Origin: Mucisphaera calidilacus
GTDB lineage: Bacteria; Planctomycetota; Phycisphaerae; Phycisphaerales; Phycisphaeraceae
Assembly: GCF_007748075.1 (NCBI RefSeq)
Contig: NZ_CP036280.1
Location: 3,270,001-3,302,000 of the forward strand
Length of the DNA stretch: 32,000 nt
Reading direction: 5' to 3'
Under the pieces are notes generated by a model. That model was given only the letters and a program-made list of their open reading frames with translations, was not told the origin of the DNA and did no database searches. The position numbers and the translations under genes are program-made. This document shows, piece by piece, positions 20,015 to 28,873 of the stretch (its first letter is position 1; each line of letters starts with the position of its first letter).

Positions 20015-21177
20015 CCATGCAACACCGCATCCACACACTCCTGCTCCTCCTCGCCCTCACGCCGGCGCTCCACGCCCAGACCTGGCAGCTGTTCGACACC
20101 AGCCTCCGCACACACACCCTCCTCGACCTTAACATCACCAACCTCAGCATCACCGCACGCGACACCAACGACCAACGCTTCACGCTCCCCACCGCCCAGG
20201 CCGTGCGACTCACCAACATCCACGCCCCCGCCGACGAATCACAACCCGCCAACGCTTTCATACGACTCGCCGACGGACAACAACTCTTCGGCAGCCTCCG
20301 CCTCACACGCGAATCCGACATCATCAACCTCGAACACCCGCGCCTCGGCCGATTCATCATCCCGCTCAGCGCCATCACCCGCCTCAGCCTCACACCCGCC
20401 GCCGCCGACCTCACCGCCCCCGACTCCGGCTACGACCTGATCGTCCTCAGCAACGGCGACCGCATCGAAGGCACCTTCCTCGGTCTCACCACCACCGGCA
20501 CACGCATCCTCCTCGCCGGATCCGACCAGCCCATCGATCTCCCCCTCGACACCATCGCCGCCGTCCTCCGCCCGCAGAACCCGCCTGCCAACACCCGCAA
20601 CGACCGCGTCACCCTCAACGACGGCACCGTCGTCGACGCTCCCCGCGTCACCCTCACCAGCAACCGGCTCGCCCTCTACCCGGCCCTCGGCACACGCCGC
20701 GCCGAACTCCCCACCAGCCACGTCACGCAGATCGACCTCAGGCACAACGGCAGCCGACTCGTCCCCTTCCGGCAACAACCCACACGCATCGTCGAACCCG
20801 CCAACGCCTACGGACTCGACATCCCGCCACGCCTCTCGCCCGCCGGACAACACCTCCACGCCCCCACCACCCACGAGATCACCCTGCCCGACAACACCGT
20901 CGGCATCATCCTCAACGCTCAGCTCGACCCCTCCATCCCCGAAACCCGACGCCACTGGCCCGACATCGCCCTCACCCTCACGCTGAGCAACATCCCGCCG
21001 CACAGCGCCCTCATCGATCAACACAACCCCGCCATCAACCTCACCATCCCCGTGCAGCCCGCACCCCGCGCCGACACACTCACCCTCGACCTCAAGACCG
21101 CACAACGCGGCCCGGTCCTCGACCGACTCCTCATCACCCAGGCCGAATTCCTCGTCGCCGACAAATCACAGAATTAA
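20011..21177 (+). CDS. secreted hypothetical protein (last gene of the MoxR operon)
   Basis: ATG at 20011 overlaps the upstream stop (ATGA). Signal peptide MTMQHRIHTLLLLLALTPALHAQ. No domain recognised. Codon bias is as in neighbouring genes. Confidence 0.55.
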   Translation: MTMQHRIHTLLLLLALTPALHAQTWQLFDTSLRTHTLLDLNITNLSITARDTNDQRFTLPTAQAVRLTNIHAPADESQPANAFIRLADGQQLFGSLRLTRESDIINLEHPRLGRFIIPLSAITRLSLTPAAADLTAPDSGYDLIVLSNGDRIEGTFLGLTTTGTRILLAGSDQPIDLPLDTIAAVLRPQNPPANTRNDRVTLNDGTVVDAPRVTLTSNRLALYPALGTRRAELPTSHVTQIDLRHNGSRLVPFRQQPTRIVEPANAYGLDIPPRLSPAGQHLHAPTTHEITLPDNTVGIILNAQLDPSIPETRRHWPDIALTLTLSNIPPHSALIDQHNPAINLTIPVQPAPRADTLTLDLKTAQRGPVLDRLLITQAEFLVADKSQN

Positions 21178-21225
21178 GCTACCAATACACCGCCGAACCT
21201 CTAGAATGGTCGATCCGAAATCATT

Positions 21226-23532
21226 ATGACGACGACCAACACCCCAACAACCAACGCACAGACCACGATCCCACTCGACCCGCTGCCCCAGCCCGTCGGG
21301 TCCACCAGCCGATTCCTCAACCGCGAGATCGCCTGGCTCGAATTCAACCGACGCGTCCTCCACGAGGCCATCGACGAACGCACGCCCCTGCTCGAACGCG
21401 CCGCCTTCCTCGCCATCTTCACCAGCAACCTCGACGAGTACGTCCAGAAACGCGTCGGCGCCCTCAAGCGACAGATCCAGCTCGACATCGCCGCACGGAC
21501 ACCCGACGGGCTCACGCCCCAGGAACAGCTCGCCGCCATCCGTGAAGCCGTCATCCCCATGCTCCACGCCCAGGCCGAGTGCTACGCCAAACTCGTGCGC
21601 CCCGCGCTCGCCGACCAGGGCGTCCACCTGCTCACCTGGGACCAGCTCACCGCCGACGAACGCCGCTGCGCCACCGCCTACTTCGAGAAAAACCTCTTCC
21701 CCGTTCTCACCCCCCTCGCCGTCGACCCCGGACACCCCTTCCCCTTCATGAGCAACCTCAGCCGATCCCTCGGCGTCATGCTCCGGCCCCAAGGCGAAGG
21801 CTCCGGACGACGCGTCGCCGACAACGAACGACAACGGGCGCTCGGCGACCAGGCCGGGCTCGAATTCGCCCGCGTCAAGATCCCCAGCATCCTCCCCGGA
21901 TGGATCCGGCTCGAGACCTCCGACGGCAACAACGAACGCTTCATCCGACTCGACCAGGTCATCTGGCACCACCTCCACCGGCTCTTCGAGGGCATGGAGA
22001 TCATCGAGGTCGAACCCTTCCGCATCACACGCAACGCCGACGTCGAACGCGACGAGGAAGACGCCGAAGACCTCCTCGACCTCATCGAGCAGGAGCTCCG
22101 CGACAGACGCTTCGCCTCCGTCGTCCGGCTCGAGGTCGACGACGACCCCTGCCTGCCCATGAACCAGTTCCTCATCGAGGAAATGGGGCTCCAGGAAGAC
22201 GACGTCTACCAGATGCCCGCCGAGCTCGACTACACCGACCTCTGGGCCATCCATGGCATCAACCGGCCCGACCTCAAGCACGAGCCCTGGACGCCCATCG
22301 TCCCCCCGCGACTCGCCGACAACGAGGCCGACATCTTCTCCGTCATCCGCGCAGGCGACGTCTTCGTCCACCACCCCTACGAGAGCTTCAACGCCAGCGT
22401 CGAACGCTTCATCCGCTCCGCTGCCTCCGACCCCAGGGTCATGGCCATCAAGGCCACGCTCTACCGCACCAGCGAAGACTCCACCTTCATCCCCGAACTC
22501 ATCAAGGCCGCCGAACGCGGCAAACAGGTCGTCTGCCTCGTCGAACTCAAGGCACGCTTCGACGAGGAACGCAACGTCCAGCTCGCTCAGCGACTCGAAA
22601 AAGCAGGCGTCCACGTCGTCTACGGCCTCGTCGGTTACAAGACGCACACCAAGACCACCCTCGTCGTCCGCAACGAGCCCGAGGGCATGCGCAGCTACGC
22701 CCACATCGGCACCGGCAACTACCACTCCAAGACCGCCAACCTCTACACCGACCTCGGCCTGCTCACCTGCCGGCCCGAACTCACCCAGGAACTCGTCGAA
22801 CTCTTCCACTTCCTCACCGGACGATCCGCCAAGTCCACCTTCCACCACCTGCTCGTCGCTCCCATCAACATGCGCAACCGCTTCGAGCAGATGATCGACC
22901 GCGAGATCGAACACACCGCCGCCTGGAAGCGACGCGGCGCCGACCCCGACGACCCCGCACGACCCCGCATCGTCGCCAAGATGAACTCCCTCGAAGACAA
23001 GAAACTCTGCAACCGGCTCTACAAGGCCTCGCAGGCCGGTGTCCGCGTCGAACTCAACGTCCGCGGCTTCTGCTGCCTCCGCCCGGGCGTGCCCGGACTC
23101 TCCGAAAACATCAGCGTCTACTCCGTCATCGGACGCTTCCTCGAACACTCACGCATCTACTACTTCCACAACCACCCCCTCAACCACTCCGAGCAGTTCA
23201 CCGACAATCCCTACCCAGGCGAGTTCTACATCGGCTCCGCCGACTGGATGTACCGCAACCTCAACAACCGCGTCGAGTGCATCACCCCCATCCACGACCA
23301 CCACGCCAGGCAACGGCTCGCCTTCATCCTCGAAACCGCCCGCAACGACTACAGGCAGGCGTGGGACATGCACCCCGACGGCTCCTACATCCAGCGACGG
23401 CCCGACAAAGCCCGACCCGAACTCGCCGAGGGAACCCACAAGACCCTCATGAAACTCTACCGCTCCGAGGCCGACACGCTCCGTCCCGCCACCCACGAAC
23501 GACTCATCCTCCGACAAGCTCCCTCCCACTGA
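21226..23532 (+). CDS. ppk: polyphosphate kinase 1
   Basis: RFLNREIAWLEFNRRVLHEA N-terminus. The two PLD-like C-terminal domains include YGLVGYKTHTKTTLVVR (HKD-like phosphohistidine region) and SVIGRFLEHSRIYYF. Length of 768 aa fits PPK1. Confidence 0.95.
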   Translation: MTTTNTPTTNAQTTIPLDPLPQPVGSTSRFLNREIAWLEFNRRVLHEAIDERTPLLERAAFLAIFTSNLDEYVQKRVGALKRQIQLDIAARTPDGLTPQEQLAAIREAVIPMLHAQAECYAKLVRPALADQGVHLLTWDQLTADERRCATAYFEKNLFPVLTPLAVDPGHPFPFMSNLSRSLGVMLRPQGEGSGRRVADNERQRALGDQAGLEFARVKIPSILPGWIRLETSDGNNERFIRLDQVIWHHLHRLFEGMEIIEVEPFRITRNADVERDEEDAEDLLDLIEQELRDRRFASVVRLEVDDDPCLPMNQFLIEEMGLQEDDVYQMPAELDYTDLWAIHGINRPDLKHEPWTPIVPPRLADNEADIFSVIRAGDVFVHHPYESFNASVERFIRSAASDPRVMAIKATLYRTSEDSTFIPELIKAAERGKQVVCLVELKARFDEERNVQLAQRLEKAGVHVVYGLVGYKTHTKTTLVVRNEPEGMRSYAHIGTGNYHSKTANLYTDLGLLTCRPELTQELVELFHFLTGRSAKSTFHHLLVAPINMRNRFEQMIDREIEHTAAWKRRGADPDDPARPRIVAKMNSLEDKKLCNRLYKASQAGVRVELNVRGFCCLRPGVPGLSENISVYSVIGRFLEHSRIYYFHNHPLNHSEQFTDNPYPGEFYIGSADWMYRNLNNRVECITPIHDHHARQRLAFILETARNDYRQAWDMHPDGSYIQRRPDKARPELAEGTHKTLMKLYRSEADTLRPATHERLILRQAPSH

Positions 23533-23548
23533 AACACACCCCGCAGCG

Positions 23549-23971
23549 CTACAACGACTCCCCGCGACGCTTCGGCTCGAAGACGATCTCTTCCCGAACC
23601 GATCGCGCCCCCTCCACCTGACCCTCACAGCGAATCAGCACGCGCCGCGGCTCGAACACCGACATCGCCTCCACCACCACATCCACATCAATCACCCCCG
23701 CCGCGTGCACGTCCAGCTGCATCACCGCCGGATCCATCTCGTCCCAGCAGTGAAGCGACACCTGCGAACGCTCCAACGCCGCCACACACGACATGCCCCG
23801 ATGACCCGGGTCTTCCGTGTAACGGCACCGAGGGGGCAACAAGCCTTCCAGGCCCAGACGATCCGCCAACGCAGCCATCCACGCCGCCGTTGTCTCAACG
23901 TGCACAGGCGGACACCCCACCTCCGCACGCACCATCAGTCGCACCTGTTCCTGCAACACACAGCCTTCCAT
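23549..23971 (-). CDS. AdoMetDC-like (SpeD/SpeH family, PF02675-type) paralog 1, divergent
   Basis: The 140-aa ORF aligns along its length with the neighbouring paralog and with class-1 AdoMetDC: GMSCVAALERSQVSLHCWDEMDPAVMQLDVHAAG versus the archetypal GVVIIAESHISIHTWPE...VDVFTCG. The processing Ser and the +5 His are retained. The residue before Ser is Arg, and the downstream Cys is replaced by Ala. Confidence 0.6.
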   Translation of the reverse strand: MEGCVLQEQVRLMVRAEVGCPPVHVETTAAWMAALADRLGLEGLLPPRCRYTEDPGHRGMSCVAALERSQVSLHCWDEMDPAVMQLDVHAAGVIDVDVVVEAMSVFEPRRVLIRCEGQVEGARSVREEIVFEPKRRGESL

Positions 23972-24140
23972 CGAACGCGCCCTCCCGCACGGCGCAGACC
24001 TCGAACCCTAACCCCCACAAACCCCACGCACAATCCCCAAATCCGACTTTCTCCACCTACCCGCCGAGCCACCCGCGCACAACATCACCAGCCGCGATCA
24101 GCCGACCATCACCTCCCGTTGTCCGCTCATCAGGCGCGCG

Positions 24141-24527
24141 TCAGGCCAGCGCCGGCACCAGCTCTACCAGGCCGTGCTCGCGGTCCAGATGCTTGTACAC
24201 CACCCGCGTCGGCTCGAACTCCGCCAGGTGATCCAGCACGTCCTCCGGATCGAAATCCTTGCACGAGTAAACGTCTAACTGCACCATCCCCGGCTCATCC
24301 TCGTCCCACGCGTGAAGCGCGATGTGCGACGTCTCGATGATCCCCACGCACGTCAGCCCCCGGTTGCCAGGCGTGTCCATGTAGAAGCAGTTGGGGTTGT
24401 TGGGCAGATCAACCAGCTTCATGCCGATCTTCCCAACCAGCGCTGTAAACCACGCCAACGTCGCCTCCACCCCACGAGGCGGACGGACGACATCGGCACG
24501 AATGATCAGATGTTTGTGTTCCAGCAA
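24141..24527 (-). CDS. AdoMetDC-like (SpeD/SpeH family) paralog 2
   Basis: KHLIIRADV...GLTCVGIIETSHIALHAWDEDEPGMVQLDVYSCKDFD closely resembles small class-1 AdoMetDC proenzymes. I placed the start at an in-frame TTG (24527, giving MLEHKHLII..., 128 aa). The ATG at 24623 adds a W/R/L-rich 32-aa leader with no counterpart in the family. Confidence 0.7.
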   Translation of the reverse strand: MLEHKHLIIRADVVRPPRGVEATLAWFTALVGKIGMKLVDLPNNPNCFYMDTPGNRGLTCVGIIETSHIALHAWDEDEPGMVQLDVYSCKDFDPEDVLDHLAEFEPTRVVYKHLDREHGLVELVPALA

Positions 24528-24871
24528 CGCATAAAGCCTCCAACAAAGGCGGAGCGCCGAACCCCTCAGCGCAAGCCGGGAAAAATACAACCACACCACC
24601 CCCGGCACAAGACCCCAAACCATACTTTCTCACTTTTTCTGCGACCCTCCGACCGGTCACGCCACCGCCACCACAATCAGCCCGCCAGCGCCCGATAGCG
24701 TCCCCATAAAAACCACGCCCCAGCCCCCGCCATACCCCCCAGCGACGCCTGTGCCGCCAGACCCCGAACAACGCTCACACCCAAACCGTCCCGCCCGCAA
24801 GCCCTCACCCCAACGACTCGATAACAACCAAAGTGCCGGTTCCAAAGCGACACGACCCTCGGTCCTGAGCG

Positions 24872-25612
24872 ATGCCGAAGGACGCCCCGATGCCCACCGC
24901 AACCCTCAACGCCCTCGCGACACTCCTCGCCACCGCCTCCTGCGCCGCCGCCGCCACCACCGGGCTGCTCATCACCGAGATCGTCGACGGCACGCTCCCA
25001 GGCGGCACGCCACGATTCATCGAACTCACCAACACATCCGCCACCACCATCGACTTCACCAACCTCAGCGTCGGGCTCTTCAAGAACGGCAGAACCACCC
25101 TCGACGCCACCATCCCGCTCGCAGGATCACTCCCCGCCGGCCAGACCTACGTCATCGCCTACGACGACGACCCCTACACCGGCAACTTCTTCGACACCTA
25201 CGGCTTCAACCCCACCCTCGCCACACCCGACCTCGAGATCAATGGCGACGACACCCTCGTCCTCTACGACGGCATCGCCGCCGGCGACGGCTCCAACGCC
25301 ACCACACTCGACATCTACGGCCAGCTAGGCGTCGACGGCACCGGCGACCCCTGGGAATACACCGACAGCTTCGCCTACCGACGCACCACCATCACCAACG
25401 CCAACCCCGACTTCACCCTCAGCGAATGGGTGTTCGGTACGCCCAACGCCCTCGAAGCCGATACCGACGAGCAAAACCTCACCCTCATCCTCGCCAACAC
25501 CACACCCGGGAATTTCACAGGCACCGACCCGGGCAATCCCGTTCCCACCCCCGCCGCCGCCGCCGCCGGTCTCCTCCTGCTCGCCACCCTCACCCTCCGA
25601 CGATCCGCCTGA
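24872..25612 (+). CDS. secreted lamin-tail-domain (LTD) protein with VPTPAA C-terminal sorting tail
   Basis: Signal peptide, then LLITEIVDGTLPGGTPRFIELTNTSATTIDFTNLSVG (LTD, PF00932-type opening). The C-terminus is NPVPTPAAAAAGLLLLATLTLRRSA, giving motif, TM and basic tail (PEP-CTERM architecture). It is a paralog of the gene at 29813-30532. Alternative start at ATG 24890. Confidence 0.75.
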   Translation: MPKDAPMPTATLNALATLLATASCAAAATTGLLITEIVDGTLPGGTPRFIELTNTSATTIDFTNLSVGLFKNGRTTLDATIPLAGSLPAGQTYVIAYDDDPYTGNFFDTYGFNPTLATPDLEINGDDTLVLYDGIAAGDGSNATTLDIYGQLGVDGTGDPWEYTDSFAYRRTTITNANPDFTLSEWVFGTPNALEADTDEQNLTLILANTTPGNFTGTDPGNPVPTPAAAAAGLLLLATLTLRRSA

Positions 25613-25660
25613 TCGCTCGCCCTCACGCCTCAGACCCCGTGTCACTTTGTGCGCCAGATT

Positions 25661-25743
25661 GACCCAAAACGACTCGATTCCGACCGAAAACGACCCAAAA
25701 CGGCCTAGAATGGCTCGAAACGGCCTGAAACGCGTCGTTTTTT
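25661..25743. promoter_or_regulatory. degenerate 10-bp tandem repeat with helically phased A-tracts upstream of the ferredoxin gene
   Basis: Successive 10-mers are cgaccgaaaa / cgacccaaaa / cggcctagaa / tggctcgaaa / cggcctgaaa / cgcgtcgttt, preceded by gacccaaaac. AAACG(R)C cores begin at 25667, 25687, 25697, 25717 and 25727 (spacings 20, 10, 20, 10). The array ends in a T6 tract. Confidence 0.35.
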
Positions 25744-25774
25744 CATGTACTCAATTTACGCGGAGCCGCCTCAT

Positions 25775-26170
25775 ATGCACATGAAAGCTGAAAAAAACAC
25801 CGGTCCCAAGGTGGTGCCCATCCGGTTCATCCTCGAAGACCCCGAGCCCCTGACCGGTAAAACCGAGAAAACACTCGACTTAAAAGCCGCCGTCGGCCAG
25901 TCCGTCCTTGAAGTCGCCCTCGAAAACGGCATCAACATCGAACACGCCTGTGGCGGCGTCTGCGCCTGCTCCACCTGCCACGTCTATCTCGAGCAAGGCG
26001 AAGAACTTGTGAACGAACCCGAAGACGACGAACTCGACCGCGTCGAAGAGGCCCCCGCCACCCAGATCGACTCCCGACTCAGTTGCCAGACACGCATCCA
26101 GGCCGAAGGCGAACTCGTCGTCAAGGTCCCCGCCTGGAACCGCAACGCCGTCAAGGAAGTCCCCCATTAA
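25775..26170 (+). CDS. 2Fe-2S ferredoxin (adrenodoxin/Fdx type)
   Basis: Cluster ligand pattern CGGVCACSTCHV ... SRLSCQ, with acidic flanks. GGAG at 25762-25765 sits 9 nt before the ATG at 25775. ATG 25745 and ATG 25781 are alternative starts. Confidence 0.85.
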   Translation: MHMKAEKNTGPKVVPIRFILEDPEPLTGKTEKTLDLKAAVGQSVLEVALENGINIEHACGGVCACSTCHVYLEQGEELVNEPEDDELDRVEEAPATQIDSRLSCQTRIQAEGELVVKVPAWNRNAVKEVPH

Positions 26171-26192
26171 GCCATAACCATCTTTACAACCA

Positions 26193-27041
26193 TTACTTGC
26201 ATGCATCAAGCAGTCGCGCCGCCATCGCCCGGTTCAACGCATGCCCCGACTTCACCGCGTGGATCCGCCCCACAATCGGCCGCCCGGCCAGCGACAGGTC
26301 GCCCAGCAGATCCAACAACTTATGACGAGCCGGCTCATCCGAGAACCGCAGGCTGTTAGGCGGCAGCGGACCATCGTCGTTGAACACCAGAAGCGTCTCA
26401 GGGGTCAGGTGCGTTCCCAAACCTATATTTTGAAGAGCCTTAGCCTCGTCCTCCAGCACGAAGGTCCGCGCCGGCGCGATCGCCGAGGCGTAGTCATCGA
26501 GAGCAGGAGTAAATCTAGCCACCGAGTGGCCGAGAAACGGATGAGGACGGTAGTCCAATTCATAGCTGAACTGACACGCACCCGGATCCTTCACCGGCTC
26601 CGCCACGACGACCGAATCCCCCGCAGTCACCTCCACACGCTCCCGCACCACCAGCGGCTCCACGGGTGCAGCCTGATCAGCAAACCCCACGCTAAGCATT
26701 GCTTCGACAAATGCCTGTGATGATCCGTCAAACGCAGGCACTTCTGCCGCATCCAGCTCCACCACCGCATTGGTCACGCCCAGCCCAGCGAGTGCGGACA
26801 GAATGTGCTCGACGGTCTCGACCGTCACCTCCTCCGACGCCAGAGCCGTCCGCCTCGGCTGATCAACCGCAAAATCGACTTGAGCCGGGATCCGCGTGGC
26901 GTGACGATCCACACGCACGAACACAATCCCGTGCCCCGCTTTTGCCGGCAGCAGCCGCATCGTCACGGGCACACCCGAGAACAAGCCCCGATCACGAAGC
27001 GAGACCTCCGCCTTCAACGTCTTCTGCACGGGGTTCCGCAT
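26193..27041 (-). CDS. lpxC: UDP-3-O-acyl-N-acetylglucosamine deacetylase
   Basis: QKTLKAEVSLRDRGLFSGVPVTMRLLPAKAGHGIVFVRVD, TVEHILSAL, ARTFVLEDE, and RFSDEPARHKLLDLLGDLSLAGRPIVGRIHAVKSGHALN (the HKxxD and H zinc/active-site motifs). The start ATG at 27041 lies 2 nt after the lpxD stop. Confidence 0.9.
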   Translation of the reverse strand: MRNPVQKTLKAEVSLRDRGLFSGVPVTMRLLPAKAGHGIVFVRVDRHATRIPAQVDFAVDQPRRTALASEEVTVETVEHILSALAGLGVTNAVVELDAAEVPAFDGSSQAFVEAMLSVGFADQAAPVEPLVVRERVEVTAGDSVVVAEPVKDPGACQFSYELDYRPHPFLGHSVARFTPALDDYASAIAPARTFVLEDEAKALQNIGLGTHLTPETLLVFNDDGPLPPNSLRFSDEPARHKLLDLLGDLSLAGRPIVGRIHAVKSGHALNRAMAARLLDACK

Positions 27042-27043
27042 CG

Positions 27044-28096
27044 TCACCCGTTCCTGCGGTGCTTCTTCACCAACGCCGGCAGTTCCTTCATGCATGACAC
27101 CTCGCGCAGCCACTCACGCGTCGGCTTCGCCGGGAACCCGCCCCACGTCTCGCCGTCGGGCACGTCAAACCCGACCACCGCGGCACCCAGCACCGTCGCC
27201 CCGGCGCCGATCGTGATGTGGTCACGCAGCACAACGCCGCCCGCGATGGTGGCCCCGTCCTTGATGACCACCGAGCCTCCAATGCCACACGAGCCCGCAA
27301 TGATCACGAGATTCCCGATCGTGCAGTTGTGACCGATCTGGCAGAGGTTGTCGATCTTGACCTGATGCCCGAGCGTCGTGGGCCCGAATTTCCCGCGGTC
27401 GATGCAGGTGGAGCCGCCGATCTCGCATTCGTCGCCCATCGTGACGTGCCCGAGATGAGGGATCTTCACGATGCGCGGCCCCGTCTCGGTCTGCTCCGGC
27501 CGGTACCCGAAACCGTCGCCTCCGATGCAGACATGGGTGTGAAGGATGCAGCGGTCGCCCGCCGTGCACCGCTCGCGGAGAACCGCCCCTGCGTGCAAGA
27601 CGCAGCCGTTGCCCAGGCGAGTATCTTCGTAAAGGTGATTGTTGCCATGCAGCACGCAGCCGTCGCCCACGACCGCCCTGGCCCCGACGATGCAGTTGGG
27701 GCCGAGGCTGGCGGAGGGGCTGACGCTGGCGGTCGGGTGAATCACGCAGGAGGGGTGGACGCCCGGCTCGGGTCGGGTCGGCTCCGGCGCGAAGTACTCC
27801 AACGCTCGCGCCATCGCGAGGTCGGCGTTGGGGATCACAATGAGTGCACGCCCCTCACCCGGCTCGATCTCGACACCCTCACTGACCAGCGCCGCCGATG
27901 CCTGTGACTGGTTCCACGCCTCGACGTGCCGCTGATCGCCAACGAATGTCAGCTGACCCGCGCTTGCGTGGCCAAGGTCATTGAGGCCCATGATCGCGAT
28001 GTCGGACGGCCCGCGCAAGAGGCCGGCGAGCTGTTGGGCCAGCTCGCCGGTGGTGATGGGCGGGGTCGGGTTCGCCACGTCATTCATGATGTTCAC
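27044..28096 (-). CDS. lpxD: UDP-3-O-(3-hydroxyacyl)glucosamine N-acyltransferase
   Basis: 350 aa. An N-terminal uridine-binding-like domain is followed by long hexapeptide repeats (IGHNCTIGNLVIIAGSCGIGGSVVIKDGATIAGGVVLRDHITIGAGATV). The skp-lpxD synteny supports the call. Confidence 0.9.
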   Translation of the reverse strand: MNIMNDVANPTPPITTGELAQQLAGLLRGPSDIAIMGLNDLGHASAGQLTFVGDQRHVEAWNQSQASAALVSEGVEIEPGEGRALIVIPNADLAMARALEYFAPEPTRPEPGVHPSCVIHPTASVSPSASLGPNCIVGARAVVGDGCVLHGNNHLYEDTRLGNGCVLHAGAVLRERCTAGDRCILHTHVCIGGDGFGYRPEQTETGPRIVKIPHLGHVTMGDECEIGGSTCIDRGKFGPTTLGHQVKIDNLCQIGHNCTIGNLVIIAGSCGIGGSVVIKDGATIAGGVVLRDHITIGAGATVLGAAVVGFDVPDGETWGGFPAKPTREWLREVSCMKELPALVKKHRRNG

Positions 28097-28109
28097 GCCT
28101 GACCGAGGC

Positions 28110-28712
28110 TCAGCGGTTCTGGTAGTTGAGGTTCATCCGGCTGATGACCGCGTCGGTGATGTCCACGTCATCCGTCGCCCAGAGCAGCTTGCGCAGCTGA
28201 ACCTGCGCCGTCGCCTGCTGGGGGTTCTCGTAACGCTCCTGCAGATCGGGCTCGCGGAAGAAGACCAGGTCGATGCCGTTCTGGTCGGCGACGTCCTCGA
28301 CGGCATCAACCGTGGAAGCGTAGAGACGCTTGATGATGCGTGCGTTCTGGAACTGCAGCTTCTGCTGCTCCCACTTGCGCCAGTTCTCAGCCTCGAACGT
28401 CGCCTGCTGGATCTCCTCGACCTTGCTGCGGTGACTCGGCGAACCCGGCTCGAGCATGTCGAGACCGTTGCGCATCTTGCTGATCCGCTCTTTCAGAGCG
28501 TTACCCTCCTGCTGCAGGGCCTCGGCACGCTGGGTGATCTCCGCCTCGAGGTCCGACTTCTCCGCCGAGGCAGCGAAGACACGCTGGATATCGACGACGG
28601 CGACCGAGGTCGGCCGAGCAGCGAGCCCGCTCTGGGCAATAACCCCGCCGACGAGGCCGGAGGCGAGAAGCGTGAGGGCGGCGATGAGCATGATCCAGTG
28701 TCGCGTGAGCAT
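28110..28712 (-). CDS. skp: OmpH/Skp-family periplasmic chaperone
   Basis: Signal/TM segment MLIAALTLLASGLVGG, then VAVVDIQRVF and a long Q/E/K-rich helical arm, ending in IDLVFF. It occupies the classical position upstream of lpxD. Confidence 0.8.
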   Translation of the reverse strand: MLTRHWIMLIAALTLLASGLVGGVIAQSGLAARPTSVAVVDIQRVFAASAEKSDLEAEITQRAEALQQEGNALKERISKMRNGLDMLEPGSPSHRSKVEEIQQATFEAENWRKWEQQKLQFQNARIIKRLYASTVDAVEDVADQNGIDLVFFREPDLQERYENPQQATAQVQLRKLLWATDDVDITDAVISRMNLNYQNR

Positions 28713-28846
28713 GGTGGTTCCTTGGTGGTTCTGCGGGCGGGGACATCGTCCGCCCGGTTGCAGGGTTACGTTGACTCTTCACCGTGTGTTCTAACAGGGT
28801 CAGCGTTTTGGGGCAATGATCACGCTCGCCCGGCCCACAGGACCAT

Positions 28847-28873
28847 AAAAAAGCCCCGGATCGCTCCGGGGCT
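28847..28873 (-). terminator. intrinsic (Rho-independent) terminator
   Basis: The minus strand reads AGCCCCGG-AGCGAT-CCGGGGCT followed by a T-run (plus strand A6 at 28847-28852). It lies 28 nt after the stop at 28901. Confidence 0.7.

Noticed and set aside
21201-21209. The 9-mer CTAGAATGG is shared between the ppk upstream region (21201-21209) and the ferredoxin upstream region (25705-25713). It contains a -10-like TAGAAT.
   Set aside because: Neither copy has a credible -35 element at 16-18 bp. A single shared 9-mer cannot be distinguished from chance without genome-wide statistics, so it was not annotated as a promoter.
25727-25743. AAACG-CGT-CGTTT hairpin followed by T6, as a possible terminator of the LTD gene ending at 25612.
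   Set aside because: The stem is only 5 bp, mostly A-T, with a 3-nt loop. It lies 115 nt after the stop. It is better explained as the last unit of the phased 10-bp repeat.
28735-28762. GC-rich hairpin (CGGGCGG-N9-CCGCCCG) in the skp 5-prime region.
   Set aside because: It has no U-tract and lies downstream of the true terminator of the neighbouring gene. Such short GC stems are frequent in high-GC DNA, so there is no basis for a functional call.
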